Assembly (NCBI GenBank): GCA_051652765.1
Contig: JBOFUV010000112.1
Coordinates: 1 to 64,000 of the forward strand
DNA: 64,000 nucleotides
Origin: Microcoleaceae cyanobacterium
GTDB lineage: Bacteria > Cyanobacteriota > Cyanobacteriia > Cyanobacteriales > Microcoleaceae
Reading direction: 5' to 3'
The position numbers were made by a program, and so were the translations under genes. Positions 1 to 9,731 of the stretch are shown in pieces. The number at the start of each line of letters is the position of its first letter. The first letter of the stretch is position 1. The notes under the pieces were generated by a model that was not told the origin of the DNA, did no database searches, and saw only the letters and a list, made by a program, of their open reading frames with translations.

Positions 1-842
1 CAGGTGCCAACTTCATCAGGAGCAAAATGAACTCGCCATTGGTTGCCGTCGTTGGCGCTGGTTTCACCGGCATCGCCATCAGCAGCGTAGTACCCTGGAA
101 CGACGTAGGTTTTTGTGCCATTGGTGAAGGTGACATCCAACCGATAGTCCAGGAATGGATTGGTTGCATCGGTTTCACTGGTCTGAGGGCCATCAAACGT
201 CAGGTCAATCCGATGCCATTTCTTCAGCTCACCCTCGATTTCGACATTGGGGTCGGGTGTTGGAGTTGGAGTTGGCGTTGGAACTGGTGTAGGAGTTGGT
301 GTTGGAGTTGGAACCGGATCGGGTGTAAGAGTTGGCGTAGGAACTGGGGTTGGAGTTGGTGTGGGAACCGGATCGGGTGTTGGAGTTGGAGTTGGAACCG
401 GGTCTGGCGTAGGCGTAGGCGTTGGTGAACCGTTTACATAAACAAATTCAGTTCCGTTGAGATTCAGATTAGAAATATTTGTAACAGCGCCAATCACATC
501 CCCTTGATAAAAAATATGGGTAGATTTTGTATCTGCGCTGAGTTTTAGGGAGTAGTCACTAGACTGTCCATGAAGTTGAATTTTATCCCCTTCAACTACA
601 GAAAAGTCTACGATTCGAGCATTGTTATTCCAGCCTTGGAAATTGTAGTAACTCTGAATTTGATCGCCTAAAACAAAGACATCTGCTCCACTGTTACCGA
701 ATAATTGATCTTTTTGCAGGGTATTTGGATTGCTGGGATCAACTCCGATCAGAGTATCGTCCCCTCCTTGACCATAGACACTATCCGTATCAATGCTTCC
801 GATCAGAACATTGCTATCATTCGTTCCAGTTATTTTGGCCAT
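1..842 (-). CDS. Secreted-type multidomain protein, 3' end outside the window: RTX-like Ca-binding N-terminus, Pro/Thr linker, DUF5060 domain
   Basis: Hand translation from the ATG at 842 is open to the window edge: [33 protein letters not shown]...[12 protein letters not shown]...(PT)n...[83 protein letters not shown] lies upstream. Absent from the ORF track because it has no stop codon in the window. Confidence 0.85.
   Translation of the reverse strand, partial: MAKITGTNDSNVLIGSIDTDSVYGQGGDDTLIGVDPSNPNTLQKDQLFGNSGADVFVLGDQIQSYYNFQGWNNNARIVDFSVVEGDKIQLHGQSSDYSLKLSADTKSTHIFYQGDVIGAVTNISNLNLNGTEFVYVNGSPTPTPTPDPVPTPTPTPDPVPTPTPTPVPTPTLTPDPVPTPTPTPTPVPTPTPTPTPDPNVEIEGELKKWHRIDLTFDGPQTSETDATNPFLDYRLDVTFTNGTKTYVVPGYYAADGDAGETSANDGNQWRVHFAPDEVGT
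245..430 (-). repeat. Coding low-complexity repeat (Pro-Thr linker, [12 protein letters not shown] units)
   Basis: Degenerate GTTGGAGTTGG/GGAACCGGATCGG repeats on + translate to a PT linker on the - strand. Confidence 0.9.
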
Positions 843-1497
843 TTTTAAGGCTATGCTCCTTGTGTTTTTTTTCAGCCGTAGTTGCACCACAAAGTAGTTA
901 AGGCAGTTCGAGGTCTGTATTCTCAAGTAGAGAGTCCTTTCCCCTCAGCCTTGATCAAGCAAAGCCAATAAGACAAATTAGTAGAATAGTTTCATAGCCC
1001 AGTTATAACGCACCCTTAATTTTGGGCACATTAAATTAGCTACCTTTCTCAATAGAGATTCTAACATCAAAAAATACACTTTATTAAAGCTTCATCTTAA
1101 TATTGAAATACACCCCTATTTCTGACCTATTAGGATGTCTGTCTGTTTCATAACAATTTCAACTTTGCAAAATCGTGTTGTCTAAACCCCGACTTTGTTT
1201 GCTCTTATACCTGTAAAACTCACAACTCCATCTTGAGCCTAAAGTGCCTGAACAACTCAAGAAAATTTGACTTGAAAATCCTTCGATTTATTTCTAATAG
1301 ACTTCTTTGAGGGGAAAAGAAATCGGATTTTCCCAATAAATCATCTGCCATGAGATCTAACCGATTCACGTGAATCTAACTCACAGCAAGCAGACTGAAA
1401 CTGCACAAAATTTAAAGTTTTGCCGAATGGATCACTTCAGAACGGGGGAACCAAGCAAGATTGTCTGTAGTTCCCTCATGATTAATTGACAGTAGAC

Positions 1498-1662
1498 CTA
1501 GTTTTCTTCTTCCTCACCCACCTTTGGCAAAAAGTCAGGTCGATCATTTCCTTCCCAACCGGGTGGACGTTTTGAGTTGTACCAGGCAATTGACCCAATA
1601 CTGACAGCAGCAATAAACCCAACGATTAAAACTGCTGCCGGAATCCACAGACTATTCTCCAT
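1498..1662 (-). CDS. psb35: Photosystem II assembly protein Psb35 (54 aa)
   Basis: Hand translation MENSLWIPAAVLIVGFIAAVSIGSIAWYNSKRPPGWEGNDRPDFLPKVGEEEEN*. GFxAAVxIGSIAWYNSKRPxGW is the Psb35 signature. AGGAG RBS at 1671-1675. Below the ORF-track length cutoff. Confidence 0.85.
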   Translation of the reverse strand: MENSLWIPAAVLIVGFIAAVSIGSIAWYNSKRPPGWEGNDRPDFLPKVGEEEEN

Positions 1663-1774
1663 AAACCTGCCTCCTCTAAATTGAAAGAAACGATTGAAAG
1701 AAACCGCCGTCCTAAACTGTTGCGTGATTTCTCTTGATGTATCCTTTAAAAATTATAGGGGACTCGGCAGTTAT

Positions 1775-4243
1775 TCAAGTTTCCCGCAGAACCTTAGCCA
1801 AGGTTTTTAATAAATCCTCGGCTGTATAAGGTTTTGACAAAAATGCTTTGACAATTTTACCTGCCTCAATGCCCAATTGTTCAGTGGGAATCAGTCCACT
1901 CACCACAACAATCTTGACTTGAGGATTCATCTTGCCTAAGGTGCGAGAGGTCATAACACCATCTATACTCGGCATCATCAGATCCATCAGGATCGCGCCA
2001 ATTTCATTCTGGTTTTGGGCGTAGAGTTCAATCGCCTCAAGCCCACCACTAGCCATTAGCATCCGATAGCCATAGGTTTCTAATATTGTTTTGGTGGCTT
2101 CGCTAACTGTGACATCATCATCCACCACTAAAATCAATTCTCCATTTCCTTTTGGTAATTCTGGAGCAGTCTTTTTGGCAATTTCCAGACTCTCCGTCGC
2201 GGGTAAGAATACTTTGAATTGGCTGCCGCCGATGACTTCGCTGAATACATCGACAAAGCCACCATGGTTTTTGACAATGTTCGCTACCGTAGTCAGCCCT
2301 AAACCCATTCCCTCAGCCTGCCCCTTGACTGTGAACACGGGATCAAGAATCCGATCTAATAGTTCAGGTGGAATACCCACACCCGTATCGGAAACCGTGA
2401 TCAAAACGTAATTTCCCACTCGAGCACTGGGATTCCGTCTGGCATCCTGTTCATTCAGAAAAACATTTTTGGCAGAGAGCCTCAGCCTGCCGCCACCGGG
2501 CATTGCATCTCTGGCATTGAGGCAGAGGTTGAGCAAAACCTGATGCAGTTGCGTGGCATCTGCCTTCACAGCAGAAAGACCGGGCTGAACGTGGGTGTAA
2601 AGGTCTATCGACTTGGGAAAAAGGTCTGCAATGAGTGCCTCTATCTCCGCAAATAGAGATTGGACGTGCAGTACCTTGTACTCCTCCTCAGCACTCCGCG
2701 AAAACATCAACATCCTTTTGAGCAAAGCAGTCCCACGTTGGATATTGGTTTCTGCTGCCTGAAGCAACCCTTGCATCCGGGCATCAATGTTGGGAACTTG
2801 AAGCGGCAACAATTGCACAATCGTCAGCACGGGAGTGAGGAGGTTATTCAGTTCGTGGGCAATGCCACTGGCTAGATTGCCAAGACTTTCTAAGCGCTGG
2901 GAATGAAATAACTGCACTTCTAGGCGCTTATTCTCACTAATATCTTTGATGAAGCAATAAAACCCAGTCAACTGTCGATGGTCATCATAAGCAGCAACCA
3001 GAGTGAAGTGACTATAAAAGCTAGAGCCATCTTTTTTGATCCCTCTAGTTTCTACCTCTGCCTGGTGATTTTTAAGCATCTGCTGACAAGCAACCATCAG
3101 CTTTTCCAGATCCTCCGGATGAATAGTTTGTTGCCAGGATGTGCCAATGAGATCTTCAGGTTGATATCCAATGATCTGGGCATAGGCTGGGTTGATGGTT
3201 CTGTAGCAGCCATCCGGATCTAACCAGGCAATTCCTTCGACGATAGGATTGAGGACATGGCTCATGTCTCGCAGTTCGACTTCTGCCAGCTTCCGCTCGG
3301 TGATATCGGTAGCTACCCCAATACGGTGCAGAAGTTGTTCGGCCTGATCTCGAACTTGAAACCCCCGATCTAGAACCCAGCGGATCTCGCCATCGGGTCT
3401 CAGGATGCGATATTCTGCTTGAAACGGTTCGCCTTGTAAGTTACCTATATGAGCAGCAGAAACACGCTCAACGTCATTGGGATGGATGGCCTCCAGCCAG
3501 AAATTGGGATTCTGGTAAAGGCTTTCACCGGTGCGACCCCAAACCTTTTCATAGGCAGGACTCACGTAAAGTGTTTGGGGCGTACTAGGAGCATTGATAT
3601 AGAAAACCTCATCAATGCTCTCAACAAGGTCTCGAAGTCGGCTTTCACGTTGCGCCAAAACGGTTTCTGATGGTTGGCGATCGCCTTGGGGAGCTTGCTG
3701 CTTGCTAATATCAACCGCTCTGACAATGACACGGTCATAAAGTTCTTCTGAGGGTGGAAACGTCAGGGCAAATGAAATGGTTAAACGGTTTCCCTGTAGG
3801 GTTTGTAGCACGGTCTCTGCGGAAAAGGAGGTCTCTTGAGCTGCCAGGGTTAGCAGTTCTCCCATAAACACACTAATTGTTTCAGACAAAAGAACTTGAT
3901 TGAAGGAAGTCAAAAGTTCTTCTCTACTTTTTGCTTCAAACAGTTGTACCGCTGCCTGGTTAACATTCACTACTCGAACCCTGTCCATGATCTGCGCCAC
4001 AAACCCTGGGTGTTCGGCAAAATATTGAGGAAAATCTTTTACGCCACTCGCCCTGAGTTGCTCAATTTCCACCTTGACAGCAGAAAAATCTTTTTCCCAA
4101 ATGGGTACATCTACTGCCTCAAGGAGGTACTGATAGCGCTGCTCCTGCAATTCCATGGCCACTTTAGTCTGAACCCTTGCGTGTGTGTCAAGCTGTGCCC
4201 AATGCTGTTCTGGCGATCGCCCGATCCCTTCATTCTCAACCAT
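1775..4243 (-). CDS. Soluble hybrid sensor histidine kinase (PAS/PAC x3, HisKA, HATPase, C-terminal REC)
   Basis: PAS/PAC motifs (IHPNDVERV, EYRILRPDGEIRWV, IHPEDLE), H-box GIAHELNNLL, N-box LLNLCLNARDAM, G boxes DTGVGI and GMGLGL, receiver ILVVDDD...MDLMMP...KPY. Confidence 0.95.
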   Translation of the reverse strand: MVENEGIGRSPEQHWAQLDTHARVQTKVAMELQEQRYQYLLEAVDVPIWEKDFSAVKVEIEQLRASGVKDFPQYFAEHPGFVAQIMDRVRVVNVNQAAVQLFEAKSREELLTSFNQVLLSETISVFMGELLTLAAQETSFSAETVLQTLQGNRLTISFALTFPPSEELYDRVIVRAVDISKQQAPQGDRQPSETVLAQRESRLRDLVESIDEVFYINAPSTPQTLYVSPAYEKVWGRTGESLYQNPNFWLEAIHPNDVERVSAAHIGNLQGEPFQAEYRILRPDGEIRWVLDRGFQVRDQAEQLLHRIGVATDITERKLAEVELRDMSHVLNPIVEGIAWLDPDGCYRTINPAYAQIIGYQPEDLIGTSWQQTIHPEDLEKLMVACQQMLKNHQAEVETRGIKKDGSSFYSHFTLVAAYDDHRQLTGFYCFIKDISENKRLEVQLFHSQRLESLGNLASGIAHELNNLLTPVLTIVQLLPLQVPNIDARMQGLLQAAETNIQRGTALLKRMLMFSRSAEEEYKVLHVQSLFAEIEALIADLFPKSIDLYTHVQPGLSAVKADATQLHQVLLNLCLNARDAMPGGGRLRLSAKNVFLNEQDARRNPSARVGNYVLITVSDTGVGIPPELLDRILDPVFTVKGQAEGMGLGLTTVANIVKNHGGFVDVFSEVIGGSQFKVFLPATESLEIAKKTAPELPKGNGELILVVDDDVTVSEATKTILETYGYRMLMASGGLEAIELYAQNQNEIGAILMDLMMPSIDGVMTSRTLGKMNPQVKIVVVSGLIPTEQLGIEAGKIVKAFLSKPYTAEDLLKTLAKVLRET

Positions 4244-4663
4244 TCTAGAACGTTCCTAGGGACTGAATGCCCCCTACTAAGTTTGAGATCTTGCTGAACT
4301 GTCCGTCTGCAATTTTTATAGAGTTAATACTCGAAAGTACCCAGTCAGACAACGGCTTCAGTTCTTCTAAACAGTTTCTAAAAGTCGAAAATGCAGATCA
4401 GACATTACCTACCCTAGCAACTACTCACGCCTTAAACCAATAGTGAGATTAAAACCCTAGCCCAAAACAACCAATAAACCTAAATCCATTAACCCAACCT
4501 TCAATCCAGGTCAAACAGGTAGCCGACATCTATAAAGTGTGAGTCGGTTCATTAGAAGTAACGGACTACCTTATAGTTTCAGTAATATGCACGTTATTGT
4601 ACCATAGCAGAGTGGTCGGAGATACTGTTGTCAACTCAAAAACTTTAGACACAACTAAATCTA

Positions 4664-5026
4664 CTAAGACCCTGGCTCAGCATTACAGGGTTCAACTCGT
4701 AAGCCAAAATAAGTTAAAACCAGTTCCCCTGAGTGATGATTGATGACTTCGTGAACTTCTCCGGGTTCCACAGCGATACAGACTCCAGGAGCAAGCCTGT
4801 ATTCAGTTCCACTAATCCGCATCACTCCTGATCCGGCTTCTACAAAAAAGACTTCACACATGTCTAGATGGGCATGAGCACTAGCCGTCTGACCTGGAGC
4901 AAATCGAGCCTGAGAGAAGTTAGTTAAATGGGGTAAATCTCCCAAACACAACATGACTTTCTTTTTGATTTCTGGATTGTGGGAAACTGCCTGTTCAGGA
5001 AGATTATTTAAGTTTGTAATTTTCAT
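4664..5026 (-). CDS. Cupin domain protein
   Basis: Cupin metal motifs AHAHLDMCEVFFV and VEPGEVHEV. Confidence 0.9.
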   Translation of the reverse strand: MKITNLNNLPEQAVSHNPEIKKKVMLCLGDLPHLTNFSQARFAPGQTASAHAHLDMCEVFFVEAGSGVMRISGTEYRLAPGVCIAVEPGEVHEVINHHSGELVLTYFGLRVEPCNAEPGS

Positions 5027-5364
5027 CAGGGTTTTAAAAGAGTTTTCTATAATTCAGGTTAAATTTAGCAACAAATTTGTGATTTTACAAGAGTAAAAAA
5101 TGTTTCATTTACTTGAAGTTAGTTCAGTAAAATAACAGGCGTATTTTACTGAAAAGCTGAAACAATTTCTGATACGGTTTCAGTTTCAGTTCCATAGGCA
5201 ATCACAACATCACTGGCGAGAATATTAGTGCTTTTGAGCCTTACCTATAATTGATTAGAATTGCCAAATCAACAGCTTTTGACGCATTGAGGGTCTATTC
5301 ATCTGGTAATTACTGTCAGGGTTAAAGTGTAAAATGTAACGTTGGCTATTAGGAAGGAACCTTT

Positions 5365-6366
5365 ATGTCTAAAACCTCTAGTGCCCATTCGGTCATTCAA
5401 ATGCGGGCGGAACTCATGGCTGATGCGAGCCTGAATTTCAACTTTATTGTGCTAGTGATTACCTCCTGTTTGATTGCGAGTTTGGGATTGCTGAGTAACA
5501 GTGCTGCGGTGATTATTGGAGCGATGTTGGTTGCTCCCTTGATGTTACCCCTGAGAGCTTTGGCATTTGGAGCTTTGGGAGGAGATGCGACCTTATTTCG
5601 TCGGAGTCTGACAACGTTGATCGGGGCAACTCTGATTGCACTCGTGCTTTCAATTTTATTAGGACAACTGATCGGGTTACAGGATTTTGAATCAGAGGTT
5701 TTGGCTCGAACCCAGCCCACGTTAATTGACCTCTGGATTGCTATTGTTGCAGGGGGATTGAGCGGATTTTCTAAGGTGCGTTCAGGAATTAGTGATGCTG
5801 TCGCCGGAACTGCGATCGCCGTTGCTTTAATGCCACCACTTTGTGTGATCGGTTTGACATTATCCGAAGGATTTCTAAGTGAAAGCTATGGCGCATTGTT
5901 ACTTTACTTAACCAATTTATTAGGAATTGTCCTAGCCTGCATGGTGGTTTTTATTTGGGCAGGCTATGCCAAAGTCAATCGGGCTTTGGGTTGGACAGTT
6001 TTGCTGACTGGGATATTAGTGCTGCCTTTGGGAATTAGCTTCTTTAGATTATTAAATCAAGCCAATTTAGAGGCAACCTTGAGAAAAGTCTTTCAGGAAG
6101 AGACTTACACAGGTCAACGAGTGAGGTTACTAGAGACTGAGATTCTCTGGACAAATCAGCCCATTCAAGCTTATTTAAAAGTCAAAGCCGATGAACCGAT
6201 TACTCCCAACCAAGTGCGGCTTGTTCAGGAATTTCTGGTTCAAAAAAGAATCATAAAGCAGCCTTTTGAACTTGTCTTTTTAGTAGAACCCTTTGAAGAA
6301 GTCAGAGCAATTGAACGTACTATTGAACTTTCCAAGCCCACAAAAAGAAAACTCTTCATGGAGTGA
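5365..6366 (+). CDS. DUF389 family membrane protein
   Basis: Motifs NSAAVIIGAMLVAPLM, EVLARTQPTLIDL and GTAIAVALMPPLC; several hydrophobic helices. Confidence 0.9.
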   Translation: MSKTSSAHSVIQMRAELMADASLNFNFIVLVITSCLIASLGLLSNSAAVIIGAMLVAPLMLPLRALAFGALGGDATLFRRSLTTLIGATLIALVLSILLGQLIGLQDFESEVLARTQPTLIDLWIAIVAGGLSGFSKVRSGISDAVAGTAIAVALMPPLCVIGLTLSEGFLSESYGALLLYLTNLLGIVLACMVVFIWAGYAKVNRALGWTVLLTGILVLPLGISFFRLLNQANLEATLRKVFQEETYTGQRVRLLETEILWTNQPIQAYLKVKADEPITPNQVRLVQEFLVQKRIIKQPFELVFLVEPFEEVRAIERTIELSKPTKRKLFME

Positions 6367-6486
6367 GATTTTATACTTGATGGAGTTAAGTTGATGATGG
6401 GCAGTCTCTGGATTTCTCTGGTTTTATGTCAACTTAACGTTGCAGTCTAGATTGGGGGTTATACTTCTGAATAAAGTTTTATCTGG

Positions 6487-8676
6487 ATGTATTTGAGGAC
6501 GTGGTTTGTGAGGAGTTGGCTTAGAACTGGTAGAGCCATGGCTAGATGTCTATATCTACCCGGTTGGCAGTACAGGGTGATGATTTGGGGCTCAATGTTG
6601 TTGACTGTGGGCTGGGCCTCTCCAAGCTTGGGTGAGACCCATGGAACTCAGCGCTTGAAACAAATTTCTGAGAGTTTGCAGCCCTTAAATCCTGAGATTT
6701 CTTTAAGAAAATTAGAAAAACTGACAGTAGTTTCCAGTCAAGATTCTAGTCAGGGTTCTGTTGTTGAGATGTCCTTAGACAAAACAACAAGACTATCAAA
6801 GGTTTTACCTGAAGTGTCTACTCGGATTTCTGTTGAAGATTTGCCCCAAGATTCCCCTCAAGATGCTGGTGTTAAAGCTCCTTTAAAGCCAACGCCTTTA
6901 GATCTAACCATCAGACTCCCAAAAGCAGCTTCTAAGACTTCTTCTCAAGGTTCCGTTGCAGGTTTTGAGGTCGGTTCTGTTGGAGAAACTCCAGCTTGCA
7001 CTTTAATTCGCTGTCAGTTTCTGGCTCAGGCTCTTCCTCCTGGCCCAGTGAATCCCCAGCCTGATCCCAATCGCGATCGCTTTATTCCGATTCCTCGACC
7101 CCAACCTGCCCCACCCTCTCAGCCAGAGTTGGAACCAAAACCCCCTGAAACTCCTCAGCCCCCGCCCGATGCCAACGTTCCGATCCCTGTTCAGAAGGTT
7201 GAAGTCACGGGGAGTAGTATTCTGACCCCAGAGGAAATTCGGACTCTGGTTTCTCCTTTGGAGAACCGTTCGGTCACCCTGAAGGAGTTGCAAGAGGTTG
7301 CAGACAAAATTACAGAACTCTATCTAGAACAGGGCTACATCACTTCGCGGGCAATCGTGCCAGAACAAACCGTGACTGATGGCACTGTCGAAATTCAAGT
7401 GATCGAAGGTTCCTTAGAAGACATTCGAGTCGAAGGCACTCAGCGCCTCAACCCTAGCTATATTCAAAGTCGCGTCCGGTTGGGAGCTGGAACACCTTTG
7501 AGCACCGCCCGTTTAGAAGATCAATTGCGATTGCTTCGGCTTGATCCTCTGTTTGACAATGTGGAAGCGAGTTTGCGAGCAGGCACCCAGGAAGGTCAAA
7601 GCATTCTGGTGGTGCGGGTAATAGAAGCAGATGCCTTTCAACTGGGATTTAGTATTGACAACTATTCTCCGCCCAGTATCGGTTCAGAGCGGCTGGGGAT
7701 TAGTTTGAGGCATCTGAACTTAACGGGTAACGGCGATTTCTTCTACATTGCTTACAATACAACCCGGTTAATTACGGACGGAGAATCGGATGTTGTGGAC
7801 TTTTTCTATAGCATTCCCATCAACGCCATGAACGGCACGATTCAACTGCGGATTCCCCCCTATCGCAACCGCATTGTTGCTGAAGACTTTGACCCCCTCA
7901 ACATTGAAGGGGAATCTCAACGCTACGAACTCAGCTATCGTCAACCTCTGATTCGAACTCCGCGAGAAGAGTTTGCCCTTTCAATTGGGTTTGCTTATCA
8001 ACAGAGCCAGACCTTTTTTGATGAAACTGGGTTTGGGTTTGGGTCTGGCCCGGATGAGGATGGCATTACCCGAACCAGTGTGTTCAAATTTGGTCAAGAT
8101 TATTTGCGGCGCGATCGCGATGGGGCTTGGGCTTTGCGATCGCAATTTAGCCTGGGAACTGGATTGTTCGATGCCACGAATACCTCACAATTGCCCAATG
8201 CCGAATTTTTTAGCTGGCTGGGGCAAGTTCAACGAGTACAACGGTTGGGTGAGAACAATTTATTAATCATTCAGGGGGATATTCAGCTCTCTGCTGATGC
8301 CCTGTTTCCGTCCCAACAGTTTGTGATTGGGGGCGCATTATCCCTCCGAGGCTATCGTCAAAACGTGCGGGCAGGAGACAATGGCTTCCGGTTTTCCATT
8401 GAAGATCGGATTACCCTGGTGCGAGACGATGAAGATGAACCCAAACTTCAACTGGCTCCCTTTGTTGATCTGGGAGCTGTTTGGAATCAAGGTGATAATC
8501 CTAACACCCTGTTTGGTCAAACTTTCTTGGCGGGAGTTGGCTTAGGGGTGTTGTGGGAGCCTATTCAGAATTTAAACGTTCGACTGGACTATGGCTTGCC
8601 TCTGGTGGATATCGATGACCGAGGCGATAATCTTCAAGATGACGGGCTCTATTTCAGTATCAACTTTGGCTTCTGA
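6487..8676 (+). CDS. ShlB/FhaC/HecB (TpsB-like Omp85) outer-membrane transporter
   Basis: POTRA motif ITELYLEQGYITSRA...IQVIEG, barrel motif LRGYRQN, terminal Phe. Long N-terminal extension; the true start may be downstream. Confidence 0.9.
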   Translation: MYLRTWFVRSWLRTGRAMARCLYLPGWQYRVMIWGSMLLTVGWASPSLGETHGTQRLKQISESLQPLNPEISLRKLEKLTVVSSQDSSQGSVVEMSLDKTTRLSKVLPEVSTRISVEDLPQDSPQDAGVKAPLKPTPLDLTIRLPKAASKTSSQGSVAGFEVGSVGETPACTLIRCQFLAQALPPGPVNPQPDPNRDRFIPIPRPQPAPPSQPELEPKPPETPQPPPDANVPIPVQKVEVTGSSILTPEEIRTLVSPLENRSVTLKELQEVADKITELYLEQGYITSRAIVPEQTVTDGTVEIQVIEGSLEDIRVEGTQRLNPSYIQSRVRLGAGTPLSTARLEDQLRLLRLDPLFDNVEASLRAGTQEGQSILVVRVIEADAFQLGFSIDNYSPPSIGSERLGISLRHLNLTGNGDFFYIAYNTTRLITDGESDVVDFFYSIPINAMNGTIQLRIPPYRNRIVAEDFDPLNIEGESQRYELSYRQPLIRTPREEFALSIGFAYQQSQTFFDETGFGFGSGPDEDGITRTSVFKFGQDYLRRDRDGAWALRSQFSLGTGLFDATNTSQLPNAEFFSWLGQVQRVQRLGENNLLIIQGDIQLSADALFPSQQFVIGGALSLRGYRQNVRAGDNGFRFSIEDRITLVRDDEDEPKLQLAPFVDLGAVWNQGDNPNTLFGQTFLAGVGLGVLWEPIQNLNVRLDYGLPLVDIDDRGDNLQDDGLYFSINFGF

Positions 8677-8731
8677 TGCCCAGTCTGGTTAAACATTAGT
8701 GTTTGTTCAGTCAGGGTCTAAGGCACTGAAG

Positions 8732-9172
8732 CTATCGCTTGCGGGATTTAATCGCTTGTAAATGTTGCTTCAACACCCTTAAATTCTCACCCTGATCTTG
8801 CTGGCTATAGAGTTCGCTGGCTTTCAGCAAGTTGATCACACTGTCATCATCTTTCCGTAAGTTGGCATAGGCCAAACCGCGATTATGATAAGCTTCCGCT
8901 AAAGTTTCTAACTGTTGAAGGGCTCGAGTGAAGCTCTCAATGGCCCTCCGATAATCACCTGCCTGAAATTTACTACATCCGTCCTGAAACTGAAGGGTTG
9001 CCTCAGTTTCAACCCCTGAGTCGGGGAGAGAATTGGGTAAAGGAACTGGATCTGGAAACAAGACAGAAATGCTACCTTTCCCTTGGTAGGCGTAGGTCAT
9101 GATGCCAATTCCTGCTCCAGCCACAGAGAGGATGAAAAAGAACCAAGTTAGGAAATTAGCGGTTTCCATCAT
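8732..9172 (-). CDS. Membrane-anchored TPR protein
   Basis: N-terminal hydrophobic helix, TPR motif AEAYHNRGLAYANL. ATG at 9172 preferred over the TTG at 9196. Confidence 0.8.
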   Translation of the reverse strand: MMETANFLTWFFFILSVAGAGIGIMTYAYQGKGSISVLFPDPVPLPNSLPDSGVETEATLQFQDGCSKFQAGDYRRAIESFTRALQQLETLAEAYHNRGLAYANLRKDDDSVINLLKASELYSQQDQGENLRVLKQHLQAIKSRKR

Positions 9173-9214
9173 GTTTGGCGGGTAATGTATTCGCAAATAA
9201 CTTTAGCAGATCAC

Positions 9215-9673
9215 TCAAGGTTGGCTCTGGGACTTCGCATAAACATTCACTGCATATTCCCGGAATTGGTCTAAGTCTTTTTTTAAGGTTGATTCAACAG
9301 CACGTCCCAAGAATAAGTTATCCATGATTTTCCCCAAAATTCCTGGAATTGCATAGGAAACAGTGAGTCGGACGATACTGCTGCCGTGACGATCATAAAA
9401 GCGAATTGCGCCTTGATTGGGCAGACCATCTACAGATTCCCATTGAATAATCTGGTTAGGAATTTCCTTCAAAATTCGAGACTTCCAGCTAAATTCCAGG
9501 TTGCCCACCGCGAGCTTCCAACGGGAAAGCTCTGGATTGTCTTTGAGGATGGTAACCGACTCAATCCAATCCATCCATTGCGGCATCTGCTCCAAATCAG
9601 ACCAAAGGCTCCATGAAAACTCAATCGGAACCGGAACTTCGACCTGAACGCTATGTTCTAACCAGTTGGACAT
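9215..9673 (-). CDS. SRPBCC / polyketide cyclase family protein
   Basis: MSNWLEHSVQVEV...WSDLEQMPQWM...WESVDGLPNQGAIRF; usual neighbour of zds in cyanobacteria. Confidence 0.9.
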   Translation of the reverse strand: MSNWLEHSVQVEVPVPIEFSWSLWSDLEQMPQWMDWIESVTILKDNPELSRWKLAVGNLEFSWKSRILKEIPNQIIQWESVDGLPNQGAIRFYDRHGSSIVRLTVSYAIPGILGKIMDNLFLGRAVESTLKKDLDQFREYAVNVYAKSQSQP

Positions 9674-9731
9674 TCGCTTACCAAAGTGGGAATGAAGGAC
9701 GTGCTGAATCTAACCTACAACTAACTTGCCG

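Noticed and set aside
27..441. Plus-strand ORFs with GVGVGT or WSWSW repeats
   Set aside because: Antisense shadows of the Pro/Thr linker of the minus-strand DUF5060 gene.
1421..1480. GCCGAAT...GAACGGGGGAACC resembling the 5' part of a c-di-AMP (ydaO) riboswitch
   Set aside because: The 3' conserved elements (CCCGTCAGCTAAC etc.) are missing and no co-oriented gene follows. GGGGGAAC pairs with GTTCCCTC, better explained as a hairpin after psb35.
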